From Magallana gigas (Eukaryota), in the NCBI RefSeq assembly GCF_963853765.1, contig NC_088857.1, positions 15,438,001-15,502,000 of the forward strand: 64,000 nt of DNA, given 5' to 3'. The notes beneath the pieces are model-generated. The model was not told the origin of the DNA. It was given only the letters and a program-made list of their open reading frames with translations, and searched no databases. Shown here piece by piece: positions 24,401 to 36,500 of this stretch. Each line of letters opens with the position of its first letter. Positions within the stretch are counted from its first letter, which is position 1. The translations under genes were made by a program, and so were the position numbers.

Positions 24401-27400
24401 AGAGAGGGGGGTTAGGTGGGTACTGCTCCAGAAGATTGCTGCTCGCCCTGCCCTGTAGATGAGAAAACAGATGTGTTAATTGTTGACAGTTAGCAGTAAA
24501 AACTGTTTCTTAAACAAAGGTTATCCTCACGTAGTCATCAATAACTCTTGACTGAGCTTTAAACAATTGCTTATGGCAACATTGCCCTCACTAGCAAGAT
24601 ATATTTAATCAGAATTATCATATTGAAGTAAATAAAAAAAATTATGATATGAAATCGTAGATTGCTCCATTGGTGTAAAAGCTTTTGACCACAGGGCATT
24701 ACCTTTGGATTTCTTTTTCTCTTCCTCGTTCTCGCTTTCAGAGTCGGAAGATGAAGAACCAGAATCAGAACTGCTGTCTTCGCTACCACTTGACTCATCT
24801 GTACATTTATGATACAGTAACATATAAGTAAATAAAAATATACATCTAAAGTTAGATTTTATCATTAAAGTAAACTTCTAAAAATTAATTAAGAGAAATG
24901 ATAAAAAAAAAAGCAATCTAATAACCTTTTTTTGTTTCTGTATCTGGTGCTGGCTTTTCAACTATCTTTTCAATGACCGGAGAAGACACCTTTGGTCCAG
25001 GGGGTGGTGAGGGTACTTTTGTCACAGCAGGTTTCTCTGATCTATCAGTTTCTGTTTCTGACGAGTCACTACTGCCAGAACTGGAACTACTTGAACTTGC
25101 CGTCGGTTTTGTTGTGGCTTCTGCTGGCTTTTCCACTTGCTTTTCTATGACAGGGGATGAGGGTTTCGGTCCCGGAGGTGGGGAGGGTACTTTCGTCACA
25201 GGGGGTTTCTCTGATCTGTCAGTTTCTGTTCCTGATGAGTCACTACTGCCAGAACTGGAACTACTTGAACTTGACGCCGGTTTTGTTGTGGCATCCCCGG
25301 GTTTTTGCACTCTTTTTTCTATGACAGGAGATGAGGGTTTCGGTCCCGGAGGTGGGGATGGTACTTTCGTCACAGGAGGTTTCTCTGACCTGTCAGTTTC
25401 TGTTTCCGATGAGTCGCTGCTGCTTGAACTGGAACTTGAAACAGATTTTGTAGGCTTGGCTTGTTCTTCTGACTTTGTAATAACAGTTTCCTCTTTTCTC
25501 TGAACAGGAGGGGACGATGGCTTTACGGATGGTTTAGGGGCTTCCGTCTCCGTTTCCGATGAACTACTAGAACCACTGCTTGAACTACTTGACTTTTTCG
25601 CATCTTTCAACTCCTCAGACACTGGAAGAGGAACACTCGCCTTCCTTTGCTCTTCAATGGTCACGCTTTGCTGTTCAATGTTTCCACTAAGGGGGCTAGA
25701 TTTATTCTTTCCAACTTCTGTTCTAGCTGTCGTCGACTCCGAGTCACTTGAACTGCTCGACGAGGAAGAAGAAGATGGTTTCCTGCTAAATTTTGTAACA
25801 GCAGGTGGGGATGGGCTTTTCCTTGGTGGTGATGGAATCTTTGTTTTCTTATCAGATTCTGACTCACTTGATGAACTGCTAGATTTCTTTTTGGAAACAA
25901 AGCTCGAGGTTTTCTTCTTTTTACTATCTGAATCAGAATCTGAACTACTCTTTTTATCCTTTGTAGCTTCTGCTCCAAACTTTCTTTTTGCTTCTGTGGA
26001 ACTGGTACTGGAGCTTGAACTTCTTCTAATTTTTTTCTTTTTCTCATCATTTTCCGACTCGCTGGTGGAGGACGAGGAATGCTTTGTTGTGCTAGGGAAT
26101 TGTTTCTTACCTCCATCTGAAGACGAGTTCGATGAAGTAGAACTCTTTCTGAAACTTTTCAATTTGTCTTGTCGTGGTGGCGAATCCTCATATTGTTTTT
26201 TATATTGAAATTCCTTAGGAAGTGGAGACCGTGGTCTAAAAGATTCTTCCTCTGTAATGGATTTTCCAACATCACCACTTGTAACCGATTCTGTATAACT
26301 CGTGTAATTAAATTCAACAGGTACGGACTCCTTCCTAACTATTGGTGTAGGTCTTGGTTGAGAATCTAACTGCCTTGACTTTCCTATTAAAACTTTATCT
26401 GTTTCCTCTTTCTCCTCAGGCTCTGATACGTGCACAGATGAAGTAGATGAGGCCGAGGATATAGATGCTCTACGAACCGGTGAGGGAGACCGTCTTCCTG
26501 GGGGTGATGGTGATCTTCTGGCAGGTTCTGGGGATGGCGATTTTCTTTTAGGCTCTGGAGAAGGTGATTTTCTTTTTTCATCAGGCGATGGAGACCTATC
26601 TTTTGATTGGGATTTCGCAACAATGACTTTTTCAGGAGTTCTAGACCTTGACCTTGAACTTGATGAGCTAGATGATGAGCTGAAAATAAAAGGTCCGAGT
26701 TGAATTAAAAATAAAATATGTTTGTCAAAAAATCCAAAACAGAGGATTGGGCTTAAAAAATGAAATGCCCTCGCTTTATTCATACCTCGAACTACGTTGA
26801 CGTCTGATAATTGTCTTTTCTTGTGATTGAACTGTAGCAGAAGAAAAAAATAACTAACATGAAAATTTACAGAGAGTCTCCAACACATGACACCTTTTCC
26901 GTCTGCATTTTGATATAAAAATTCATAAAAGTAAGAAACGTGACAATTCTGGAGGAGGACAATTTAGTGTTGCATTAATATTCATTGCATATCATTGGTT
27001 TGCGACAAAATGAGCAATTAAATAAATGACAAAACCAACAAAGAGATTACCAAAAAGAGCAACTGTGAAAATTAGAATACAATATTTCAACATTTATTAT
27101 TATACCTTTAGTTGCGGCATTCTGCTCCTTGCTATATTTTTCTCCATCTGGGTATTCTTCCTCATCAGAATATCCAGATACCTGTATATATATATATCAA
27201 ACAAATTAAGAGGGTTCGATGGTCATGGCTAATTTTAGACTGTATTGATCTCCTTTAAAGAGTAGTTCTTTATAAAAATATAAGTAAATACCCAAACTTA
27301 TAAGGTAAAATATATGGATTTTTTTCTATACTAAATAATAGTTTATAACTAAACATATAATATCTTAAAAATCTTAGGGAGGTCTTGTGATAATTTGTAG

Positions 27401-28304
27401 ACCACCAAGCCTCCTTTAGAAGCCTCGGTATAAACTATGATTTTACAGAATAAATTAATTTTTTCCTGTCTTTACTCAAAATATTTACCTTTCTGATTTC
27501 GCTAACACTTTCTTTATCCGTCTCCGTTTTCTCAGTTCTGGTATCCTCATCGGCGGCCAGGCCTACTATTTTTTTCTTTTTCTTGTCTTCATACACGAAA
27601 TGTGAAACAGCGTTTCTATCACCCTCCTCCTCCTCCTCAGACTCGGAGTGAGATGGCGACGATGATCTTGAAGATGACCGCGAGGAATGGGATGATGCGG
27701 ATTCTGGTTTTTCTGTAATTATTAAAATCTTTTATTTTAAAAACACATCTTCAATGAACTCTTTTCATCAAATTATGAAAAGGGTAATGTTTTCATCTTC
27801 AAAAGTGAATAAAAATCTTACCTTTATTTCTTTGCCAGAAAAGTTCTGCTCTGCACAGAACTCCCATTTCAAAGCAATTGTAATTATAATTTATGTATGT
27901 AGGAGTAGTATTGTGTGTACTCTATATACATTTTAAATCCATTAAAATTCAAAATGTTTAATGCAAAAAAAGGAACAAATATGATCGCATCTCTATTTAT
28001 TAAACATAAATGAACAATGGTATATTTTTTTCTTTTCACCTCGTGAAATACAATTGTAAGATTTAAAAAATAAATTAAACTTTAAGTAAATATATGATAT
28101 TATATATTTAAAACAAAATGAAAAAAATCACAAAAACACTGGACAAAAAAAAGGATTTTGATTAACAATACAGACACAAAGTAATAGTAATAATGTGTTG
28201 ATAAACCACTTCGAAATCCCGCTCAAGAAAGTGATATTTATATGTGTCCTTTCACCGCCTCTTGTTTTTAGACGACCGTTTTTCCCTTTGGTATTGGCAG
28301 GCAT
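21402..28304 (-). CDS. Ser/Pro/Lys-rich protein with a C-terminal RI-like leucine-rich-repeat domain resembling LRRC73; ~1113 aa from ATG 28304
   Basis: Exons 28304-28256, 27712-27489, 27181-27106, 26831-26786, 26679-24926, 24798-24703, 23031-22888, 22712-22552, 22434-22303, 22214-22123, 21969-21402; phases match (3342 nt). LRR segment LLHGNPVGDTG...LELDLGDTAIGDEG...LNLNGNTKITVAGWKRLG...LTLDFNKIGD...LELEEGSISD parallels vertebrate LRRC73 as recalled (LFLHGSPLTDAG, LDLGDCMLGDE, LTLSANPGITPKGWSRLA, LNLDYNPLGD). The start codon is less certain because these exons may also be 3' exons of ERICH3. Confidence 0.8.
24926..26679 (-). CDS. Large (1754 nt) Ser/Pro/Lys-rich low-complexity internal exon of the LRR gene
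   Basis: Core of ORF 24918-26888; acceptor ttttattttcag and donor gttatt; many SSSSS runs, RSPSP/KSPSP motifs. Confidence 0.85.
24945..25440 (-). repeat. Coding tandem repeat, 174-nt (58-aa) unit, about 3 copies
   Basis: The anchor gtcacag..gg.ttctctga recurs at 25021, 25195 and 25369 (spacing 174); the peptide ETDRSEKPPVTKVPSPPPGPKPSSPVIEK recurs three times. Confidence 0.9.
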
Positions 28305-29178
28305 TTCTTTCTTTCTTGCCTTGTGTATTTAAACGATTGTTTTTTCTTCTGATATAACTGACAAACATTCTTCTCTTTCTTTTAATTCAGCTGAAATGAA
28401 CATTGCGCGTATTCTTTCAAAATTTAAGTCAAAATGTATAGAGTGACATGGAAGCTGAATTTTGTCTTTCAATAAAAAAAATGGCAAACTTTTTATGCTT
28501 CTTTTTACTATAAAAAACCCCAAAACACTTGTTTTTCAGACTTGTACAATCTTAAAGAGAGTGGAAACAAATTACCCATCAGATCTGCCTTATAAATATG
28601 ATACTTTTTACCATACACTTTCTATAAGTAAAGAAAAAATCTATATATTTTAGATTTGACGTTTTAAACATATTTTTGAAAGAGTGTTTTGTTAAAGGAG
28701 ATTTATATTATCTACAAATCTACTATTTAGCCCTCTTAGAATGTTGAATTTTTCAAAATTCCAAATAAGTGTTGCAAATAAACATTCAACAATAAAATCA
28801 ATCAATTTTAATCAATCTTAAATAGCTAGTCAATAAGTTGAATGGTTGAAATTTTCAAAATAAGAGCAAAAACATCATTTTTCATAAACATGCAAAATGA
28901 AACAGATCGATTCACAAACACATAATATCCGCAGGAAAAACAATGAAGCAGAGAAAAGAAGTCTAGTAATCGGTATAAAACCGACTGACCAATACAAAAG
29001 TCTCTAAGGCAACAACCTTTGCAAGAGTAAAGCAGAGTGAAAATAGGATGGAATGACGGGTTACACCTTGCAGCCAGGTATTTCATGACAGCACAGTTTA
29101 CAAGCACATATTTTAAGGTGTACATTGCTGAAGACGACTTAGGTACGTATAGTGAAAAACATGCTTAATAGGCATGCT

Positions 29179-32100
29179 TTATTTATTTGAGAGATGTGCA
29201 GTGCTTTGACTTGTGGAATGCTCCTCAGATATTGTTGACATAACATCAATATTATAAGCTACCGCCATAACTTTTTTGTAAGTTTCTTTGTCTAAATTTT
29301 CTAAATTATCTAAGTCGATCATCTGACCATCAATTTCCAAGAAGTTTGGGGTACCATCAGTCGATTTGTCATTTTGAAAATCTTTTGGGTATTTGACCTC
29401 TTCTCCATTCATATAGAATTTAATATCCGTTTCTGAAGACTCTGAACTAGAACTTACAGAAGCATTAGAATCTTTCCTCTCACAAAGTTTTTGGTTTTTC
29501 GCTTCTTGATCAGTTTGAATTTTATCAGTATCAGTTTGAGCTTTCTTCACATGCTCCTCCTTGTTTCCGTTCATTTTGTCTTGTTCATTTAGTGTGTTAA
29601 GAGCAGTAACCTCTTTGTGTCCTTGATCGGTATCCTTTATCTCGATTTCATCGACCTTATTTTTAGAAGTTGAATTTGATTTGTCAATTCCGCTGGAAAT
29701 GACACTCGCTTCTTTTACGGCAATGCGTGGTGAATTATGTCCTGTGTTCTCTTTACTTCTATCAGGCACTTTTTCTTTCCCTTCGTTTGTCTTGTATATG
29801 GTTTTTTTTATTGTCATCTGATCTGTCTCTGCATACTGGACAATCAATGCTCCCGATTTTGCTTTCACGAGGCGTGGCATTTCCTGTGATTTGTTCAAAG
29901 GTTCACTAACATCTACCACATCAACCACGGGACAAGCAATGGATCTTACCTCTTCTTTCTCAATTGGGATAGGTTCTAAATTTGATATTTCCGAATCATC
30001 ATGGATGTCTTGCAATTCAACTTGAGGAATGAAATTATTTTCATCTGCTGTTAAATGCAGTGACTTTTCCTCATTTATTCCACGAGTAAACGACGTAGAG
30101 ATTTCTTCAATTTTTGTTTCTCTTAATACTAAATGGTCTGTGTGTAAACTCGCTGTATTTTCGCTATCAAAATTGGCACTGTCGGTCACAGCATTTGATC
30201 TATCATTGATCTGTTCATCGTTTTTCCTACTTTCCTCATTTGACATGCCTTCGATCACTCTCTTAACAATTAATGATGCTTCCTCACTCGTACACAAAGA
30301 GAAATCGTCCTCATTTTGCTCAGTTAGTGAATTCTGTTGTATTTCTAAAGTTGTTTCTCTATCAACAGCCTCAAACAAATTATGCAAAGCTTCCTGGCGC
30401 TTTAACGGTCTTGGTTTGCTGAATTCTTCTTTTTGTTTAGGTAAGCTCTCTGCAGAATAGACCTTTTCTTCTTCAGGAGAACTTTTTACGTTTGTTTCTG
30501 GCGGACCATGTGTATATATAACATGCTCTTTCACAGTAGACTCCTCAGCTAAACAGTGTGTGACTTGTCCATCGGGGTCAGTGCGAGGTGTAATGGGCTT
30601 CTCTTGATTCCTGATCTTCCCATCCGTATGTTTATCAAATAACTTCATCTCTTCTGATTTAACTCTTTGCAACACATCTTCAACTATTAATTCAGCTTCC
30701 TTTGTTGTATCTATGGACACGGTATCTTCTTTTTTGTCGTTCGATGTTGAAGTCTTATCTATTGACTCGCTTTCCTTAACACAAGGTTGTCCCATTGATA
30801 ACTTAACTTTTTGCAATACATGCTCAACAATTATTCCTGCTTCTATGCTTATATCTAATAAACTTTCTTCGTCTTTTTGTGCATTTTCGCAATCCATTTC
30901 TTTTTTGGGGTCACTTATTGAGTTAAGGGTTTTCAGCAAATCGTCAACAATAAGATCTGCTTCTGCACTCGTGTCTAAAGATATTCTATCTTGTTGCTGG
31001 TCATCTGATGCGCAACTCAAGGGGACGTCTTCTTCAGAACTCTTGTGAACAAGGATCGAAGACTCCGAATCATCACTAAATTTGATGGTTTCACCTTTTT
31101 CTTTCACTAATGTGTTTCGTGGGGTTGAACATTTCGTAGAGGAGGAAAAATCATCTGTGATCATTTCCCTTACCTTAACATCAACAGTCTCAGTGTACAA
31201 TGTTTCATCTTTTGCTATATAAACAAAGGTTTTGGGTTTGACAACTTCAATTTCTTTTTTCTTTACAACAATCGGCATTGATTGAGATCGCCTTTGTTTT
31301 GTTAGCATGCTTTCTTCATGAAATAGATTTGCATTCTCGGATTTTTGTCTCATGAATGGTGACGATGAATTGTATGCGTTCTCATTTTCCTTTGAACACT
31401 GTGCAGCATCGGTGAGTGAAAGTTCCTTCACTGTTTCATGTTCCTGACCCTGTTTTCTTTTGTCCTGTTCATCAAAATAGGTGCTATAATCTGTGTACTG
31501 ATACTCGACAGGTATATGCATTTCTTCTACAGACGTTTGTACTTCGCCGTCTAATTGATCTTGGCTGTTTTTAGGAATATCAAATATTTCATGTATTTCA
31601 TCGCAAACATTTATTTCGTCTCTGTTTGGTAAGATATCTACATCCTGAAAGTCAAATAAATTGGTCTTGTGCAATTCTGACACATCACTTTTAAATGGTT
31701 TGTGAGGAGTGTCTGGATCAGATATCTTATCTAATAAACTGACAACCATATCGAAATCTTTATCACTTATGCTGTGGAATTTATCCTCTACAGAAAGGTT
31801 GTCAAAATCTTCTAGGTAAAATTGCTTAATTTTCGTATTTCGTTTAGACGGTTGCTTTTCTAGTTCCTGACTATGGTCATATTTGGTTTCTTCCACTGTA
31901 TCCGTTTCCTTTCTTAAATCAAAGGTTAAAGCAACTTTTTCCTCCTCATTTGTATTCATGTTTGCCTCATGTTCTGTTTCAGAAATTACGACACCTTCTT
32001 TACCAATTAGATGGTCATCGTTCTGATTTGATGTTGAATTAACATTTACAGCTTCTTCAACTTTTTCTGTAGGTTCGTTATCGTTAACAATGCAGGCAAA

Positions 32101-33593
32101 CTCTTTCTCTGTTTGCTTAAAGGTATTAATAGCTTTCATTGCTGTATCTATTGCTTGTTGCGAGGCTTCCACAACCTGTTTGGATGATTCGTTCACTTGT
32201 TTGGAAGACTCATTCACTTGCTTTGAAGATTCATTGACTTGTTTACTTGATTCTAATACTTCTTTTGAAGAGTTAACTACTAGTTTTGATGACTCAGTGA
32301 CTTGTTGGATTGAGATAGCCATTTGTTTTTGCGACTCCAAGACAGCTTTCACGACTTCTTGTGATGCTTCTAAAGCCTGTTCAACGCTTCTATGGCTATC
32401 AAAGCTTCTAATACTAGCATCAGATAATCTTCTTGCTCTCCCATTAGTCTCTGATGATATTCTACCGCTATCAGTTAAATAGCTTGCACTTGAAACCTTC
32501 TTCTTTCTCTTTTTCTTTTCTAAAACAATAGGTTGTAGTTTCTTTTTCCCATTAGGCTGATTTTCAAATGGTAAAGAAGACAATGACGTTTGGGAACCAA
32601 GTCTTCCTGATTCCTTTTCAAGGGAGCTGGATGAACCAAATCCTTCAGAAGTTGTTTCTTTTTGTCCGTCTTGATCGCTTTCTGAATCAACAGAGATTCT
32701 CGACTGCATTTCTCTTTTCTTTCTTCTTACTTTCATCAGAAGTGTTGCAAGAGGTCCAATTATGTTCATGTCTTCATACGTTGTTTTTAAGGGACCCTGT
32801 CTCAGTTCTTCATTTTCGCTATCCTCTTCTACATAAAATTTCTTTTCCTCATCAAATGACTTCATGCTTATTGTTTCGGGATTTGGTTGTGCATTCTCAT
32901 TTACAGACACACATGCATTTTCATCATGCTGTGAAAGCTTGTCTCCATTACATGCATAAGCTTCATCGTAATACTCACCACATCTGGATGCGTTTGGAAC
33001 TGAATTTTTGTGGTCTTGTGTTTTTTGCTTTTCATCTTGATCTTTAAGGGAAATAACTGTGCTTTCACTAGAACCTTCAAAGTCATCAGAGTAATTATCA
33101 TCTGATTGTTTGTCCTGCGGTTTGTTGTCATGCTCTATTACTTTATTTTCAGCATCATCCTTTTCATTTCTTTTCTTTTTGGAATCCCCTTGGCTTTCAC
33201 TTTCTTTCTCAACTTTCATGTTATCATTTTCTTTAATTTTCCGAGGAGATTCCAAGTCAGTCTCTATTTCAGAAACTTCATCACAAGTATCCATAGCACC
33301 TTCATCTTCATTATTTACTAGAGCATTTGGGTTCCCATCTTCTACATCTTCTGGTTTTACATCCTCAATTTCAGCTTTATCATCTTCATCATTTACTATC
33401 TCTGGCCTACTTAATGAGGACTCTGGTGTTCCCATTTTTTGCACCTCAGCATTAAATCTGACTTGTTTGTTTGTCGTTTTCAGATTTTGCTCTTTACCAT
33501 TTATTTCCCCTTCTTCATTTTCTTTTTTGTCTCCTGACTTTTTCTCAAATGAACAAGGATTTTCTAAACCCTCAATGGTCTCGCCGTGAATTT
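29179..33593 (-). CDS. ERICH3: Giant (4415 nt) acidic low-complexity terminal exon of ERICH3
   Basis: 1480-aa ORF 29179-33621; acceptor tgtaatatttcag at 33594; phase 1 matches exon 35343-35275. Confidence 0.85.
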
Positions 33594-36500
33594 CTGAAAT
33601 ATTACAAAGAATTTCTTGCACATTTTTTTCATTATTGTATTATAGAAACTCTTTTAAAAATTTAAACAAATTGAAATACCCTACTTTAAAAATGAGCAAT
33701 ACAAACTAACTACAGAATGAAAAAAATTTGAATCTATATAAATATCTTGACTTGAGTTATCAAAGATTGCAACTAACCTTACAACGAGATTCTCAACATC
33801 TGGTACATTGTGGAAAGTGATGACCAGGGGGTGGTGTTGTGTACAGGTTGGTGATGGGCAGTTCTCAAACAACATCAGTTTATTAGTGACTTCAATTTAA
33901 CAAAGGCCAGAAAACGCAAGCATATAAACAAATAATGAGTGAAAAAATCAGCTGTGCTTTGTGTTTGATTTAAAATTAATAAAGGAAAGTCTGAGGAATT
34001 CGGGATGCAATTTGATTTTTTGTTCATATTTTATGAACCAATTTATTAAATTGCATATCATAGTTTTTAAAAACCAAATAAAAAAAACAAGTAGCGTCTT
34101 CAAAAACAAACAAGATGGGGAAGGGATGATTATTCTAAATTTATTACAAAAAGATTCTGTACATATAAGCACAATATAAAGTGATCATTGGCTAATTTTG
34201 GATAAATTAATTCACACATGCAATTTCATACTTTAACCTTGGTCAGGGAAAATCATTAATTGGCAAATGAATATTTATATATACCAAAATTCCTATACCA
34301 TTACTGTTTTATGTGAGCAACTTTTAAGCCCAGAATATATATTATCTGTCCTGCCAAGGAAAAAATATGAAATCAACATGCTAATCTAAAATCTAATATA
34401 TAATTTTTACTCAAAGGCATGATATAATTCTAACATGGACAACTTTCTATTTACATCAATCATAATGAAAAATATAGAGAAAATAAGAAAACATTTACAT
34501 GTGGTTTACCAACATATATTCCATTTAAAAATAAAACCAAGAAAGTCAAAGATTTTCACTGACCAAGGTGTTTCAATTCTAATTGTGATAACTTCACACA
34601 GAGTTTAATTTTTGTCACAAAACAGACAGTTCACAATAAATTTTAATCACCATTATTTGAAGAATCATCCTGACCTCCTGTCAATTGTGGAGAGGAATAA
34701 TGTAGAATCAATCAAGAAAAGGTTGCAAACAAAGTGAACACTTTGTCTTGTTTTAACTATTTAAAGCCTCAAGAACAATTAAATTTAATATTGAATATTA
34801 TACCACTTTTTTTCTAAATTGTCAAAATTCTTCTCTTTTTTTCACTAAACAATGATAAAATATGTTCACAGTTCCTTTTTGTTTTTTCTTATAAACTATA
34901 ATAAAATTAAGTACAAAAATGTATCTATCTAAAAAGTAAATAAATATAATATCAATGAAAAAAATGTAAATACAGCATCTTGATAGTTATTGTTTTCTTG
35001 TATCTAGAAAAGCAATAGGTATGTGTGTAGAAAACGGCTTTCTAATTCAACTGAAACTATGCTTGTGATTAAGGGTCAACAGAAGTATACACTTATCACA
35101 TTTGGTCAATAATATTGAGTGCATTCATCGATCAGTCTGTAAAATCAATGCAATAAATGGTCCAACATCAGAGTTACTCGGACAATTGCTTTGAAATGTG
35201 GAGTTCTGTTACAGATATAGCCATAAAAAATATTGAGAAACTTTTACGATTTTTTCATCAAATGAAAACCTTACCTTTCTCTTCATCCTTTTTCTCTTCT
35301 TCTTCATCTTCATCATCATCAAAATCATCGTCATATTTTTCATCTGTAAAGATATTGTTATCTAGTTTAAAGCATATTTTATGTCATAATATTTTATTAA
35401 GTTTGTAGGGGAGTTCATATTAAGAAAAGTAAAATTAATTGTTACAAGTACATCTAGTCATAATGAATATAGAAACAATATCATAAATCTTAGAAAGATA
35501 CTTTACTAAAGATACAACTGTATACATTATTTTCAAAAAGCAAGCATGCTAAACACATATACAAGTTGGTACACAAAACATAATCATTACAATTCCAATG
35601 CAAACATGGATGAAATGCAGGTTTGCAAAGCTTGTAAAGGTTAACATGACAAATACTAAATTTTCTAATTCTGTATGATTGTTCTAAATATAAACACATT
35701 ATTTTCCATGATACAAATAATGAAGATTTAGTGATTGTGACATTTGAGGCACAGAGGTACTTTACATGTATGTGGTTTAATTAAAGTATTTTTAATACAT
35801 TAATGATACGAATGAAAATTTTAAGTAAGGAAATATTAAGACTGTTTTAAAATTAAAAAGTTATTTAAGAGTGAAATATGAAGTGTGTGTAATCAAGATG
35901 GTGTGTGGTGTTTAGAATTGCACAATAGCGGTGAGTTTCAAGAGGACACTAAACACAGAAAAACAGCAGGGGTACCTGCTTCCTCAGGGGAAATAACATC
36001 ATCTTTCACTTCCTCTTTAACCTTTGGACTTTCCTTGTTTTTAGATTTACTAACTGTGTAAATCAAATGTAAAGGTTGCATCACAAATATGCTTTTAATA
36101 TGATATTCAATATTATCATTATCACATTAGATCTGAATGAAATAAATATGTGTATGATTGACTACAATATTTCAAACACCAACAATTAAACTATGATAGC
36201 ATATATCTGCAAAAATATAAGCATTGACTTAATTTGTTTCTTTTTAAAAGGAATACTGTTTTAGAAAACAACAATTGAAACATATAAGGTGATTAATCAG
36301 ACAATGTTTAATAGCATCATCGTAGAAACCCTTTCCTGACAAGCAGTGATTTGCATTTCAAAATCGAAAACAACACCAATAAAAGGGCAGTACATGCTTT
36401 CAAATAAAGAAACATTTGGGATCAAAAATATCTCGCATAGACTTCAGAATGAAAAATGTTTAAAAATAATCTCAATTAACGTAATCTAATTTTCTGGCTG

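Noticed and set aside
24973-26208. Long + strand ORFs (176 and 183 aa) opposite the Ser-rich exon, and similar ORFs opposite the ERICH3 giant exon
   Set aside because: Antisense shadows of low-complexity coding sequence.
33681-33875. GC-richer ORF in the ERICH3 intron just before the giant exon
   Set aside because: No convincing acceptor/donor pair in phase 1-1; not needed for the gene model.
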